Shown: one piece after another, positions 7,847 to 16,925 of the stretch
How the letters are laid out: each line of letters opens with the position of its first letter
Numbering within the stretch: position 1 is the stretch's first letter
NCBI GenBank assembly: GCA_035532935.1
Contig: DATKQE010000075.1
Coordinates: 2,393-66,392 of the forward strand
From: Stellaceae bacterium
GTDB taxonomy: Bacteria; Pseudomonadota; Alphaproteobacteria; ATCC43930; CGMCC-115725
Direction: 5' to 3'
DNA: 64,000 nt
Made by a program: the position numbers and the translations under genes
Notes under the pieces: generated by a model
Told to the model about the DNA's origin: nothing
Database searches by the model: none
What the model saw: the letters and a program-made list of their open reading frames with translations, nothing else

Positions 7847-8710
7847 CTAAAGGGCGTAGCGCCGTTCCATCGCGTCGTAGCGCGGCTTGCCGACGATAGC
7901 CTGGCGCTCGTTGAAATCCATCAGCATCTCGGCGACGCCGTCGAGCGCGCCGGTGGTGCCGAGATGGCGCAGCACCGTCTTCATCGCCTGCATCGCCGCC
8001 TGCAGCGCGGCATTGGCATAGAGCACGATGGCGAAGCCCATCCGCGCCAGCTCCTCGCGCGGCAGCATGGGCGTGAGCCCGCCCGCGACCAGGTTCACGA
8101 GCTGCGGTGCCGGCAGCGCCGTGATCCGTTCCATCTCCGCGACCGTTCGCGGCGCCTCGACGAAGGTCACGTCGGCGCCGGCGTCGATATAGCGGGCTGC
8201 GCGCTCGAGCGCGTCGTCGATGCCGTTGACGGCGAGCGCGTCGGTGCGGGCGATGACGATGAAATCGGCATCGTGCCGCGCCTCGCACGCGGCCTTCACC
8301 TTGATCGCCATCTCCGCCGCCGGGATCACCTGCTTCCCGGCGAAATGGCCGCAGCGCTTGGGGAAGACCTGATCCTCGAGCTGGATCGCGTTGGCGCCGG
8401 CGCGCTCCAGCACCTTGACCGCGCGGGCGGTGTTGACGGCGTTACCAAAGCCGGTATCGGCATCGACGATGAGCGGCAGGCGCACATTCTCGCGCATCGC
8501 CGCCACCTGCTGCGCCAATTCGGTGAGGGTGATGAGGCCGATATCGGGCGCGCCCAGAAAACTGTTGGCGACGCCCGCGCCGGTGACATAGGCGGCGGCG
8601 AAACCCAGCTCCTCGATCAGCCGCGCCGTGACCGCGTTGGCTGCGCCCGGCACCAGGAGCCCCGCGCCCTTGTGGAGATGCGTGCGGAGTGCTTTGTTCT
8701 CGACGCTCAT
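7847..8710 (-). CDS. Isocitrate-lyase/PEP-mutase superfamily enzyme (methylisocitrate-lyase / carboxy-PEP-mutase / oxaloacetate-decarboxylase-like)
   Basis: DADTGFGN and EDQVFPKRCGH motifs. Start at MSVENK (ATG 8710). The listed 821-aa ORF is an over-extension through antisense sequence. Confidence 0.85.
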   Translation of the reverse strand: MSVENKALRTHLHKGAGLLVPGAANAVTARLIEELGFAAAYVTGAGVANSFLGAPDIGLITLTELAQQVAAMRENVRLPLIVDADTGFGNAVNTARAVKVLERAGANAIQLEDQVFPKRCGHFAGKQVIPAAEMAIKVKAACEARHDADFIVIARTDALAVNGIDDALERAARYIDAGADVTFVEAPRTVAEMERITALPAPQLVNLVAGGLTPMLPREELARMGFAIVLYANAALQAAMQAMKTVLRHLGTTGALDGVAEMLMDFNERQAIVGKPRYDAMERRYAL

Positions 8711-8770
8711 GGGTTTTCTCCCGCTTGGCCCCGCCGCGGCGGTGGCGCGGATCGGAAGGATAGCGCGCGC

Positions 8771-10384
8771 ATGGATGAGACGCCCGTCGTCGTCGTCGGT
8801 GCCGGTCCGGTCGGGCTCGCGCTCGCCGGCGAGCTCGGCTGGCGCGGCATCCCCTGCGTCGTCGTCGAGAAGGGCGACGGCTCGATCTATCAGCCGCGGA
8901 TGGATCTGGTCGGCGTCAGGACGATGGAGTTCTGCCGCCGCTGGGGCATCGTCAAATGGGTCGAGGAATCGCCCTATCCGCGCCACTATCGCCAGGACAA
9001 CGTCTATGTCTCGGCGGTGACGGGCTGGGAGTTCGGGCGCGAGAAATTTCCCGGCATGGCCGACCAGCCCGAACTGCCGCAAAGCCCGCAGCGGCGCGAG
9101 CGCTGTCCGCAGGACATGTTCGATCCCGTCCTGCAACGCTTCGCGCGGAGCTTTCCGCAGGTGCGGCTGCGCTATCACGCCGAGTTGACGGCGCTCGCGG
9201 AGGACGCGGACGGCGTCACCGCCACCATCGTCGATCCGCGCACCGGCGTGCGCGCGAGCGTGCGCTGCCGCTACGTCGTCGGCTGCGACGGCGGCGCCAG
9301 CACGGTGCGCCAGGCGCTCGGCATCGAGATGTCGGGCAATCCGGTCCTCACCTACACCACCAACGCGATCTTCCGCTGTCCCGATTTCCTCGCGCTGCAC
9401 GGCAAGGGCGAGGCCTACCGCTACATCGTCATCGGCCCCGAGGGCACGTTCGCGACCATCGTCGCCATCAACGGCAACGACCGCTTCCGCTTCTCGATCG
9501 TCGGCGACGCGACCAAGCGGAGCTATGACGAGGCCGAGATACGCGCGCTCATCGTCCGCGCGGTCGGGCGCGAGTTCGATTTCGAGATCCTGTCGATCCT
9601 GCCGTGGATCCGCCGCGAACTGGTGGCCGACCGCTATGGCAGCGCGCGCGTCTTCATCGCCGGCGACGCCGCGCATCTGACCTCGCCCACCGGCGGCTTC
9701 GGCATGAACACGGGCATCCAGGACGCGGTCGATCTCGGCTGGAAGCTCGAAGCGATGATCGCCGGCTGGGGCGGGCCGAAGCTGTTGCCGTCCTACGCGA
9801 TCGAGCGGCGGCCGGTGGCGGTGCGCAACGTGCGCGAGGCGAGCGGCAACCTCTCGCGCATGCTGTCGCCGCGCGAGCAGAATCCGCCGCCCGAGGCATT
9901 CGCGCCTGGCCCCGAGGGCGAGCGCGCGCGCGCCGAATTCGGGCGCCGGTTCGCCGCCGCCATGCGGCGCGAATGGTTCACCCTCGGCATCCATCTCGGC
10001 TATCGCTACGAGGGCTCGCCGGTCGTCGTGCCGGACGGCACGCCCGAGCCGCCGGACGAGGTCTCGACCTATGTCCAGACGGCGCGACCGGGACATCGCG
10101 CGCCGCATCTCTGGCTCGCCCCGGGGCAATCGACGCTCGATCTCTTTGGACGGGGCTTCGTGCTGCTGCGTTTTGCCGCAAGCGCCGCGACGGCCGGGCT
10201 CGAGCGCGCCGCCGCCGCGCGCGGCGTGCCGCTCGCCGTGGTCGACATCGACAATGCGGCGGCCGCGCAGCTCTACGAGCGCCGCCTGGTGCTGGTGCGG
10301 CCCGATGGGCACGTCGCTTGGCGCGCCGATGCCGAGCCCCCCGACCCCGCCCGCATCATCGACACCATCCGTGGCGCGGGATGA
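8771..10384 (+). CDS. Single-component FAD-dependent aromatic hydroxylase (PheA/TfdB/MhpA-like)
   Basis: VVVVGAGPVGLALAGEL (GxGxxG), GCDGGASTVR (DG), IAGDAAHLTSPTGGFGMNTGIQDAVDLGWKL (GD). ATG at 8771. Confidence 0.85.
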   Translation: MDETPVVVVGAGPVGLALAGELGWRGIPCVVVEKGDGSIYQPRMDLVGVRTMEFCRRWGIVKWVEESPYPRHYRQDNVYVSAVTGWEFGREKFPGMADQPELPQSPQRRERCPQDMFDPVLQRFARSFPQVRLRYHAELTALAEDADGVTATIVDPRTGVRASVRCRYVVGCDGGASTVRQALGIEMSGNPVLTYTTNAIFRCPDFLALHGKGEAYRYIVIGPEGTFATIVAINGNDRFRFSIVGDATKRSYDEAEIRALIVRAVGREFDFEILSILPWIRRELVADRYGSARVFIAGDAAHLTSPTGGFGMNTGIQDAVDLGWKLEAMIAGWGGPKLLPSYAIERRPVAVRNVREASGNLSRMLSPREQNPPPEAFAPGPEGERARAEFGRRFAAAMRREWFTLGIHLGYRYEGSPVVVPDGTPEPPDEVSTYVQTARPGHRAPHLWLAPGQSTLDLFGRGFVLLRFAASAATAGLERAAAARGVPLAVVDIDNAAAAQLYERRLVLVRPDGHVAWRADAEPPDPARIIDTIRGAG

Positions 10385-10695
10385 CGGTCACAAGGTTGCG
10401 AGCACCGCTGAGGAAATTCGAAGATGTCGAAGTATGATCGCGCTTCGCGACTACCTTTTAAAGCAGCGCCATCGAGAATTCGATCTCACCTTCGTGGAAG
10501 GTAAAACCTCGCATGGACAACGGGAGGCGTGGCGCGCGGCTGGATACGACGTGTTTCTGGTGCGCGGGTCGAACAAGGTAAAGTTTCGCCGACGATCCTG
10601 AGCCCTCGGTGTTCGTCGCTCCCGACGCAGCGACGGCTGACGCGGCGCGGGCGAACCATTAAAGTGAGCGGGAAACCCAAGCCGAGGAGACGCCC

Positions 10696-11493
10696 ATGCT
10701 GTTGCCGCTCGCGGGTCGCCGGATCTACTACGATATCGCCGGACCGGAAAACGGACCGACGCTGTGCATCACCCATTCGCTCGCCTCCGATAGCGGCATG
10801 TGGGGCGAGCAGATGATGCCGCTGCTCGCCGCGGGCTGGCGCGTGCTGCGCATCGACATGCGCGGCCACGGCGGCAGCGATCCGGTCCCGGGCGATTATA
10901 CCATGGACGCGCTCGCCGACGACGTCGCGGCGGTGCTCGAGGCGCTGGGCGAGCGGCCGGTGCATTACATGGGGCTGTCGATCGGCGGCATGTTCGGCCA
11001 TTCGCTGGCGCTGCGCCATGGGCACCGGCTCAAGTCGCTGATGCTGTGCGACACCTCGGCCGCCTCGCCGCCGGGCGCCAAGGAGCTGTGGAGCCAGCGC
11101 ATCGCCGCCGTCCGCGGCGCCAACTCCCTCGAGCCCATCGCCGATGCGACGGTGGAGCGCTGGTTCACCCCGGCGATGCGGCAGAACCGGCCACGACGGT
11201 GGCAGCAGATCCGCGACACCGTCGCTGCTACGACGCCGCAGGGCTTCATGGGCTGCGGCGCCGCGCTGCAGAATTTCGACTATCTCGCACGGCTGCCGGG
11301 GATCAAGCTGCCGACGCTGGTGGTGTGGGGCGCCGAAGACCCGGGCACGCCGCCCGAGACCAACCGCCGCATCGTCGCCGGCATTCCCGGTGCGAAGGGC
11401 GAAGAGATTCCCGGCGTGCGCCATTTCCCCAATGTCGAGAATCCGGACGCGTTCAACCGCATCCTGATGGGCTGGCTCGCCGCGCGAGGCTGA
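10696..11493 (+). CDS. Alpha/beta-hydrolase, 3-oxoadipate enol-lactonase (PcaD)-like
   Basis: GLSIGG nucleophile elbow, HG oxyanion region (RGHGGS), C-terminal GVRHFPNVE His. GAGGAG lies upstream of the ATG. Confidence 0.8.
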   Translation: MLLPLAGRRIYYDIAGPENGPTLCITHSLASDSGMWGEQMMPLLAAGWRVLRIDMRGHGGSDPVPGDYTMDALADDVAAVLEALGERPVHYMGLSIGGMFGHSLALRHGHRLKSLMLCDTSAASPPGAKELWSQRIAAVRGANSLEPIADATVERWFTPAMRQNRPRRWQQIRDTVAATTPQGFMGCGAALQNFDYLARLPGIKLPTLVVWGAEDPGTPPETNRRIVAGIPGAKGEEIPGVRHFPNVENPDAFNRILMGWLAARG

Positions 11494-11496
11494 GCC

Positions 11497-12339
11497 TCAC
11501 GCGCGGTCGAAGGCGGCGAAGTCCTCGTCGCTCAATTCGAGCGCGCGCGCCGCCCAGTTCTCGTCGAAATGGGCGATCGAGGACGTGCCGGGAATGGGCA
11601 GCATCACCGGCGCCCGGCGCATCAGCCAGGCGAGCGCCATCTGCGCCGGGGAAGCATTGTGCCGGCGTGCGATCTCGCGCAGTTGCGCGGTGCTGGTGAC
11701 GACGCTGAGCCCGTGGAGCGGATACCACGGCAGAAAAGCGAGCCCATCCTTGGCGCAGGCATCGATCACCTTGTCGGACGAGCGATCGCCGAGATTGTAG
11801 CGATTCTGCACCGACACGATGGTCGCGATCTTGCGCGCGCGGGCGAGCTGGCGCGGATCGAAATTCGACACACCGATATGGCGGATCTTGCCTTCCTTCT
11901 GCAGCGCAACGAGCGCGCCGACCGAGTCCTCGAGCGGCACGTTGGGATCGACGGTATGAAGCTGATAGAGGTCGATACGGTCGAGCCTCAACCGCTTCAG
12001 GCTCGCCTCGCAGGCGCGGCGCAGATGCTCGGGCCGGCAATCGGCGTCCCACCGTCCCGCGCTCGGGCGCAACAGCCCGCCCTTGGTGGCGATGACGAGG
12101 TCCTTGGGATAGGGATGAAGCGCCTCGGCGATCAGCGTCTCGCTCACCGCGGGGCCATAGGAATCGGCGGTGTCGATGAATTGCACGCCGCGCTCGACCA
12201 CGCGGCGCAGCAGTGCGCGCGCCATGCCCGGATCGGCCGGCGCGCCCCAACTGCCGCGGCCCGCGATGTGGAGCGCGCCGAAACCCATGCGCTCGACGAC
12301 GAGGTCGCCGCCGATGGTGATGGATTGCGGCTCCACCAT
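11497..12339 (-). CDS. Aldo/keto reductase
   Basis: FIDTADSYG, LYQLH, GVSNF, RYNL motifs. ATG 12339 overlaps the upstream stop by 1 nt (TGATG). Confidence 0.85.
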   Translation of the reverse strand: MVEPQSITIGGDLVVERMGFGALHIAGRGSWGAPADPGMARALLRRVVERGVQFIDTADSYGPAVSETLIAEALHPYPKDLVIATKGGLLRPSAGRWDADCRPEHLRRACEASLKRLRLDRIDLYQLHTVDPNVPLEDSVGALVALQKEGKIRHIGVSNFDPRQLARARKIATIVSVQNRYNLGDRSSDKVIDACAKDGLAFLPWYPLHGLSVVTSTAQLREIARRHNASPAQMALAWLMRRAPVMLPIPGTSSIAHFDENWAARALELSDEDFAAFDRA

Positions 12340-13532
12340 CACACCATCAGTTCGGCCGGCTCCGGCCCGCCGAGCAGCATCGTGCCCCAGGCGCGGCCGA
12401 AATATTCGGGCTGGTTCGAGACATGCTGGCGCCCGGCATTGAGGTCGGCGAGGATCCGGCCGAAGGGCAGATCGGAGCGCAGCCCGTGCGCGCCCGAGGC
12501 CTTGAACAGGCGCAGCGCCGCCTGGCCGCAGCGCTCGACGCCCCAGGCGGACTGAAATTTGTAGCGCACCCGCTCGGCAAGCGGCGGCACCTCGCCACGC
12601 TCCGCGAAATCCATGAGGTTGCGCAGGTTGCGATGGAGGACGAGCTTCAGTTCGTCGACCGTCGCAGCCGCTTCGGCGCAGGCCAGTTGCGCGAACGGAT
12701 CGTCCACGGTCTTGCCGCGAACGGTGGCGCGCGACCTTCCGTAGTCGAGGAACGCGCCGACCATGCCCTGAAGCGCGCCGATCGCGCCGCAGGCGACGCC
12801 GAGATAAAGGATCTGCGCCGCCGGAATGCGATAAAGCGCGCCGGTGTTGAGCGCCTGGCCGGGACCGACGCATTGGTAGAAGTCGAGCACCTTGTGGGCG
12901 CGATGAGCGGGAACGAAGGCATCCTCGACGACGACGTCCTGGCTGCCCGTGCCCTTGAGGCCGGACACGTTCCAGGTATCGACGATCTGGTATTGCGCGC
13001 GCGGCACCAGGAAAAAGCGCCAGTCGAACGCCGTGGGATCGGCCGCTGCAACGACGCCGCCCAGGAGCGCCCAGTTGCAATGATCGCAGCCGCTCGAATA
13101 GAGCCATCGGCCGGTGAGACGGAACCCGCCCGCGGCCGGAACCGCCTGGCCGCCCGGCATCAGCGAGGACGAGATCAGCGTGGCGCGGTCCTTGCCCCAT
13201 ACCTCCTCGGCCGCGCGCTCGTCATAGAGCGCCATGATCCAGGGATGGATGCCGACGACGCCATAGACCCAGGCGGTCGAGAAGCAGCCTTCGGCCAGCG
13301 TCATCAGGATGTCGTAATAGACGCCGGGATGCATCTCGTAGCCGCCCCAGCGCTTGGGCTGCAGCACGCGGAAGAAACCGGCCGCCTGCATTTCGGCGAC
13401 GGTCTCGGCGGGCAGGCGCCGCTCGGCCTCCGCGCGCGCAGAGCGCGCGGCGAGACGCGGCACCATCTCCCGCGCCCGCCGGATCAGCTCCTGCGGCTCG
13501 GGGATCACGCCAGTCTGCTCCCGTGCATCCAT
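12339..13532 (-). CDS. Second acyl-CoA-dehydrogenase-fold flavin monooxygenase oxygenase component (paralogue of 6560-7807)
   Basis: RRLPAETVAEMQAAGFFRVLQPKRWGGYE...SGLKGTGSQDVVVEDAFVP... has the same architecture as the 6560-7807 product. Confidence 0.8.
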   Translation of the reverse strand: MDAREQTGVIPEPQELIRRAREMVPRLAARSARAEAERRLPAETVAEMQAAGFFRVLQPKRWGGYEMHPGVYYDILMTLAEGCFSTAWVYGVVGIHPWIMALYDERAAEEVWGKDRATLISSSLMPGGQAVPAAGGFRLTGRWLYSSGCDHCNWALLGGVVAAADPTAFDWRFFLVPRAQYQIVDTWNVSGLKGTGSQDVVVEDAFVPAHRAHKVLDFYQCVGPGQALNTGALYRIPAAQILYLGVACGAIGALQGMVGAFLDYGRSRATVRGKTVDDPFAQLACAEAAATVDELKLVLHRNLRNLMDFAERGEVPPLAERVRYKFQSAWGVERCGQAALRLFKASGAHGLRSDLPFGRILADLNAGRQHVSNQPEYFGRAWGTMLLGGPEPAELMV

Positions 13533-13563
13533 CGCGCGACTCTAATCGCGGCCACGGCAAGGG

Positions 13564-14784
13564 TCAACGCGGTGGTACGTCGCCGGGAAGCGGGTCGTGG
13601 ATGAGATGCGGCGCGCCGTACTCGCGGAGATAAGTTGCCGGGTCGCGCCGCGCGGCGCTGCCGTCGGGGGCGCCGATGAAGCCGCCGAGATAGCGCGAGT
13701 ATTCGACCAGCGCGCGGCCCCAGGCGAGGCGTTCGCGCGCGTAGCGGGCGAGCGCCGCATCGATGTCGTCGGTTTCGGCGAGCGCATCGGCGAGGCCGGC
13801 GGCATCGAGCGCGGCCTTGGTGATGCCGGCGGCGACGTGCGGGCGGGCGATGAAGGCGGCATCGCCCAAGAGCGCGGCGCGCCCCCACACCATCCGCGGC
13901 ACTTCGAGATCGACAATCGGCTGCAGCAAAAGCTGCGCCGTCTGCCGCACCACCGCGGCGACGCGGGGCGGCAGCAGCGCCGCCGCATCCGCCTTGACCG
14001 CGTCCGTCACCGCGCGCCGGATCAGCGGCGGCGGGATGGAGAAGCCGTGATTGCGGCCGCTCGCGTCGGTGCAGAGCTCGGCCATGCGCGCCGCGTCCGC
14101 CGGGCGGTACCAGATGAAATAGAAGCGGCGATGGCCAGGCCGCGTGTCCTCGCCGGCGCCGGGGCTCGGCATGGCCAGGATCAGCTCGCCCGGTGGCGCG
14201 CAGAACGAGATCGCGCCGAACAATTGCTCGCGGTCGTGCGCGGCGATGTCGCTTTCCTCGACGATGCCGCGCCAGGCGACATAGCCGGCATAAGACGGCG
14301 CGAGCCCGGGCAGGAATTGGCCGCGCACCGTCGAAGCGACGCCGTCGGCAGCAATGACAAGATCGCCCGTCTCGCGCGCGCCGTCGGCGAAGATCGCGGT
14401 GACGCCGCGCCCGTCCGGCTCGATCCGCTCGAGCGCCCGCCCGGGGCGGTAGATCGCGTCGGGCACGGCCTCGCGCAGCGGCCGGTAGATGCGCGGCCAC
14501 GCACCGGTGACCCAGCCGCGGCGGTCCTCGTGCAGGACGGCGCCGCTCGCATCGAGCCAGACGATGGCGGGAAGCGTAATCCCGGTTCCCGCCGTGACGC
14601 GCGCGCCGATCCGCCGCAGCACCGCGAACAACTCGGCCGAGAGCCCGAGCCCCGCGCCGCGCCCGGCGAGATCGCCCTGGGCACGCTCGAAGATCACGAC
14701 ATCCCAGCCACCCTTTCGCAGCAGGCTCGCCGCCATCAGCCCGCCGACCGAGCCGCCGATCACCAAGGCGCGCCGCCCGGCCAT
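13564..14784 (-). CDS. FAD-dependent monooxygenase (2,6-dihydroxypyridine-3-hydroxylase / salicylate-hydroxylase-like)
   Basis: ALVIGGSVGGLMAASLL GxGxxG-type motif, ADGVASTVR, LLGDAAFIARPHVAAGITKA. Confidence 0.8.
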   Translation of the reverse strand: MAGRRALVIGGSVGGLMAASLLRKGGWDVVIFERAQGDLAGRGAGLGLSAELFAVLRRIGARVTAGTGITLPAIVWLDASGAVLHEDRRGWVTGAWPRIYRPLREAVPDAIYRPGRALERIEPDGRGVTAIFADGARETGDLVIAADGVASTVRGQFLPGLAPSYAGYVAWRGIVEESDIAAHDREQLFGAISFCAPPGELILAMPSPGAGEDTRPGHRRFYFIWYRPADAARMAELCTDASGRNHGFSIPPPLIRRAVTDAVKADAAALLPPRVAAVVRQTAQLLLQPIVDLEVPRMVWGRAALLGDAAFIARPHVAAGITKAALDAAGLADALAETDDIDAALARYARERLAWGRALVEYSRYLGGFIGAPDGSAARRDPATYLREYGAPHLIHDPLPGDVPPR

Positions 14785-14813
14785 CGCTCCGTCCCGACTC
14801 CGTACGCGGACGC

Positions 14814-15890
14814 TCAGGGCGTGACGCTGGCGCCGCCGAAGCGCTCGCGCCAGCGCCCGATGACCGCCTTGTTGTAGACGTTGTCAGGAACCTGGCCCGC
14901 GAGCGCGGCAAGCACCGAGCGCGTCGCCCATTCCATGCCGGGACGCAGCTCGCTGCCCGGATCGTCGTTGTAGGACGCCGCATGCGGCGACATCAGCACC
15001 TTGGTGCCGAGCTGACGCAGCGGGGAGTCGGACGGCACCGGCTCTTCCTCGAAGGCGTCGATCGCAGCGCCGCGCAGCCGTCCCGCGGCGAGCGCGCCGG
15101 CGAGCGCCGCCTCGTCGATCACCTTGCCGCGCGCGGTGTTGATCACGGTCGCGGTCGGCTTCATCCAGGCGAGCTCGCGCTCGGACAGCATGTGATGCGT
15201 TTCCTTGGTCAGCACCACGTGGAACGAGACCACGTCCGACTGGCGCAGCAGCGTCTCGTAATCGACCGGGCTTGCGCCCGCGAGAAGAAACCGCGCCGGC
15301 TCGATATAGGGATCGCACGCGAGCAGCCGCACCCGCCACGGCGCCAGAAGCTGCGCCACCCGCGTGCCGATGCGCCCGAGCCCGACGAGGCCGATGGTGA
15401 TGCCGGGATAGCCGTCCGATTGCCGGCTGCCGACGAAGGTGGTGGCGAGATCGGGCGTGCGCCATCCGCCGGCGCGCACTGCCGCGTCGCGCTCGCGCAC
15501 CTTCTTGAGCATCGCTAGCAGGAACGTCATCGTCGTCTCGGCGACGCCGAAGCAATTAGCCTCGGTCGGCGCGTGGCAGACGAGGATGCCGAGCTCGGTC
15601 GCCGCGTCGACATCGACGTCATCGACGCCGACCGTGTATTTGGCAACGATGCGCAGGCGCTGCGACGCCTCCAGCACGCGGCGGCTGACCGGCGTCGCGC
15701 GGATCGAGGTGCCCATCATCGCCACCGCGTCGCGGGCAGCAGCGGCGAGCGCGCCTTCATGATCGCCGCGCGGCTTTTGCCATTGCAGATCGCCATAGGC
15801 GATCGCCAGGCCCGCTTCTTCGAGCTTTTCCCGGAGCTCGCGCGGCTCGCCCCCATGCGGGGCGTGGATCAGGACCTTCGGCTGCGTCAT
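14814..15890 (-). CDS. D-isomer-specific 2-hydroxyacid dehydrogenase, NAD-binding
   Basis: GLVGLGRIGTRVAQLL, NTARG, SPHAAS catalytic-region motifs. Confidence 0.85.
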   Translation of the reverse strand: MTQPKVLIHAPHGGEPRELREKLEEAGLAIAYGDLQWQKPRGDHEGALAAAARDAVAMMGTSIRATPVSRRVLEASQRLRIVAKYTVGVDDVDVDAATELGILVCHAPTEANCFGVAETTMTFLLAMLKKVRERDAAVRAGGWRTPDLATTFVGSRQSDGYPGITIGLVGLGRIGTRVAQLLAPWRVRLLACDPYIEPARFLLAGASPVDYETLLRQSDVVSFHVVLTKETHHMLSERELAWMKPTATVINTARGKVIDEAALAGALAAGRLRGAAIDAFEEEPVPSDSPLRQLGTKVLMSPHAASYNDDPGSELRPGMEWATRSVLAALAGQVPDNVYNKAVIGRWRERFGGASVTP

Positions 15891-16048
15891 CGCGACTCCT
15901 GCTGCGTTGCCTCGTCAACCACATCCGCTTCCTCGTCGCCGATCTTATCCGCACCGGCACGGATCCGTCCAAGAGCGTTTTCCGCGCGGCGAGGTCGCGG
16001 TGCGGCGCCCGCCTGGACAATCGCACGCGCTTGGGGCATCGTCCGGTG

Positions 16049-16921
16049 ATGGCTGGAAAAGCGAAGATCGGCGTCGTCGGCGCCGGGCTGATGGGAGCGG
16101 AGATCGCGCTCGTCCATGCATTGGCGGGGCACGACGTGCTGCTCAACGACCGCAACGACGCGTTGCTCGCCGAGGCGCTGGCGCGGCTCAAGGCGCTGCT
16201 CGACCGTGGCGTGCCGCGCGGCTTCTGGACGGCGGAGGCGGCGGCTTCGTCCCTGCCTCGCATCGCGACCGCGGTCGATCACGCGCGCTTCGCCGACCGC
16301 GATGTGGTCATCGAGGCGGTGTTCGAAAACGAGGCGGTGAAGGCCGAGCTGTGGCGGTCGTTCGACGCGGTCTGCGCACCCTCGGCGATCTTCGCCTCGA
16401 ACACGTCATCGATCGCGATCTCGACGCTTGCGTCATACGTCAAGCCGGAACGGCGGCCGTATTTCATCGGCACGCATTATTTCTCGCCGGTCTCGCGCAT
16501 GAAGCTGGTCGAGATCATTCCCGCCTTCGACACCGCCGAGAGCACCATCGCCACCGCGACGCAGCTCGCCGAGGGCATCGGCAAGACGCCGATCCGCGTC
16601 AAGGACGTGACCGGCTTTGCGGTCAACCGCATGCTGACCGCGTTTTTCATCGAGGCGGTGAAGCTGCTCGAGGAGGGCGTCGCCACGCCCGAGGACCTCG
16701 ACCTCGCCTGCCGCCTGGGCTTGGGCCACCCGGTCGGGCCGTTCGAGCTGATGGACAACATCAGCACCGGCCTCGCGCTCGAGGTCACGGAAATTCTCCA
16801 CGCCGCCTATGGCGAGCGCTTCCACCCGCCCGCCCTGATGAAGCAGATGGTCAAGGCCGGCCGCATCGGGCGCAAGGCGCGGCTGGGCTGGCGGTCGGAC
16901 GCCGGCGGCCGCCGGCGCTGA
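16049..16921 (+). CDS. 3-hydroxyacyl-CoA (3-hydroxybutyryl-CoA) dehydrogenase
   Basis: IGVVGAGLMGAEIA Rossmann motif, SNTSS, GFAVNR, GHPVGPFEL motifs. ATG 16049. Confidence 0.85.
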   Translation: MAGKAKIGVVGAGLMGAEIALVHALAGHDVLLNDRNDALLAEALARLKALLDRGVPRGFWTAEAAASSLPRIATAVDHARFADRDVVIEAVFENEAVKAELWRSFDAVCAPSAIFASNTSSIAISTLASYVKPERRPYFIGTHYFSPVSRMKLVEIIPAFDTAESTIATATQLAEGIGKTPIRVKDVTGFAVNRMLTAFFIEAVKLLEEGVATPEDLDLACRLGLGHPVGPFELMDNISTGLALEVTEILHAAYGERFHPPALMKQMVKAGRIGRKARLGWRSDAGGRRR

Positions 16922-16925
16922 GCCC

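Noticed and set aside
7847-8710. Phosphonate biosynthesis (PEP mutase plus phosphonopyruvate decarboxylase), suggested by the ICL/PEPM-family gene and the ComDE-like genes at 38320-39410.
   Set aside because: The two loci are 30 kb apart and in unrelated operons. The PEPM-family protein carries EDQVFPKRCGH (methylisocitrate-lyase / carboxy-PEP-mutase type) rather than the EDK-x5-NS signature I associate with true PEP mutases.
7964-8770. 5' extension of the 806-aa plus-strand ORF 7964-10384. Other very long ORFs lie antisense to real genes: 28753-31014 (+), 36582-38843 (+), 40150-42417 (+), 52521-55157 (+), 8711-10312 (-), 23015-24172 (-), 24396-25568 (-), 25726-27177 (-) and 43985-45543 (-).
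   Set aside because: These are typical high-GC shadow ORFs. Their translations are Arg/Ala/Gly/Asp/His-rich with no recognisable motifs. In each case the opposite strand encodes a protein with clear family signatures and G/C-rich third codon positions. Real genes begin at internal starts that have SD sequences.
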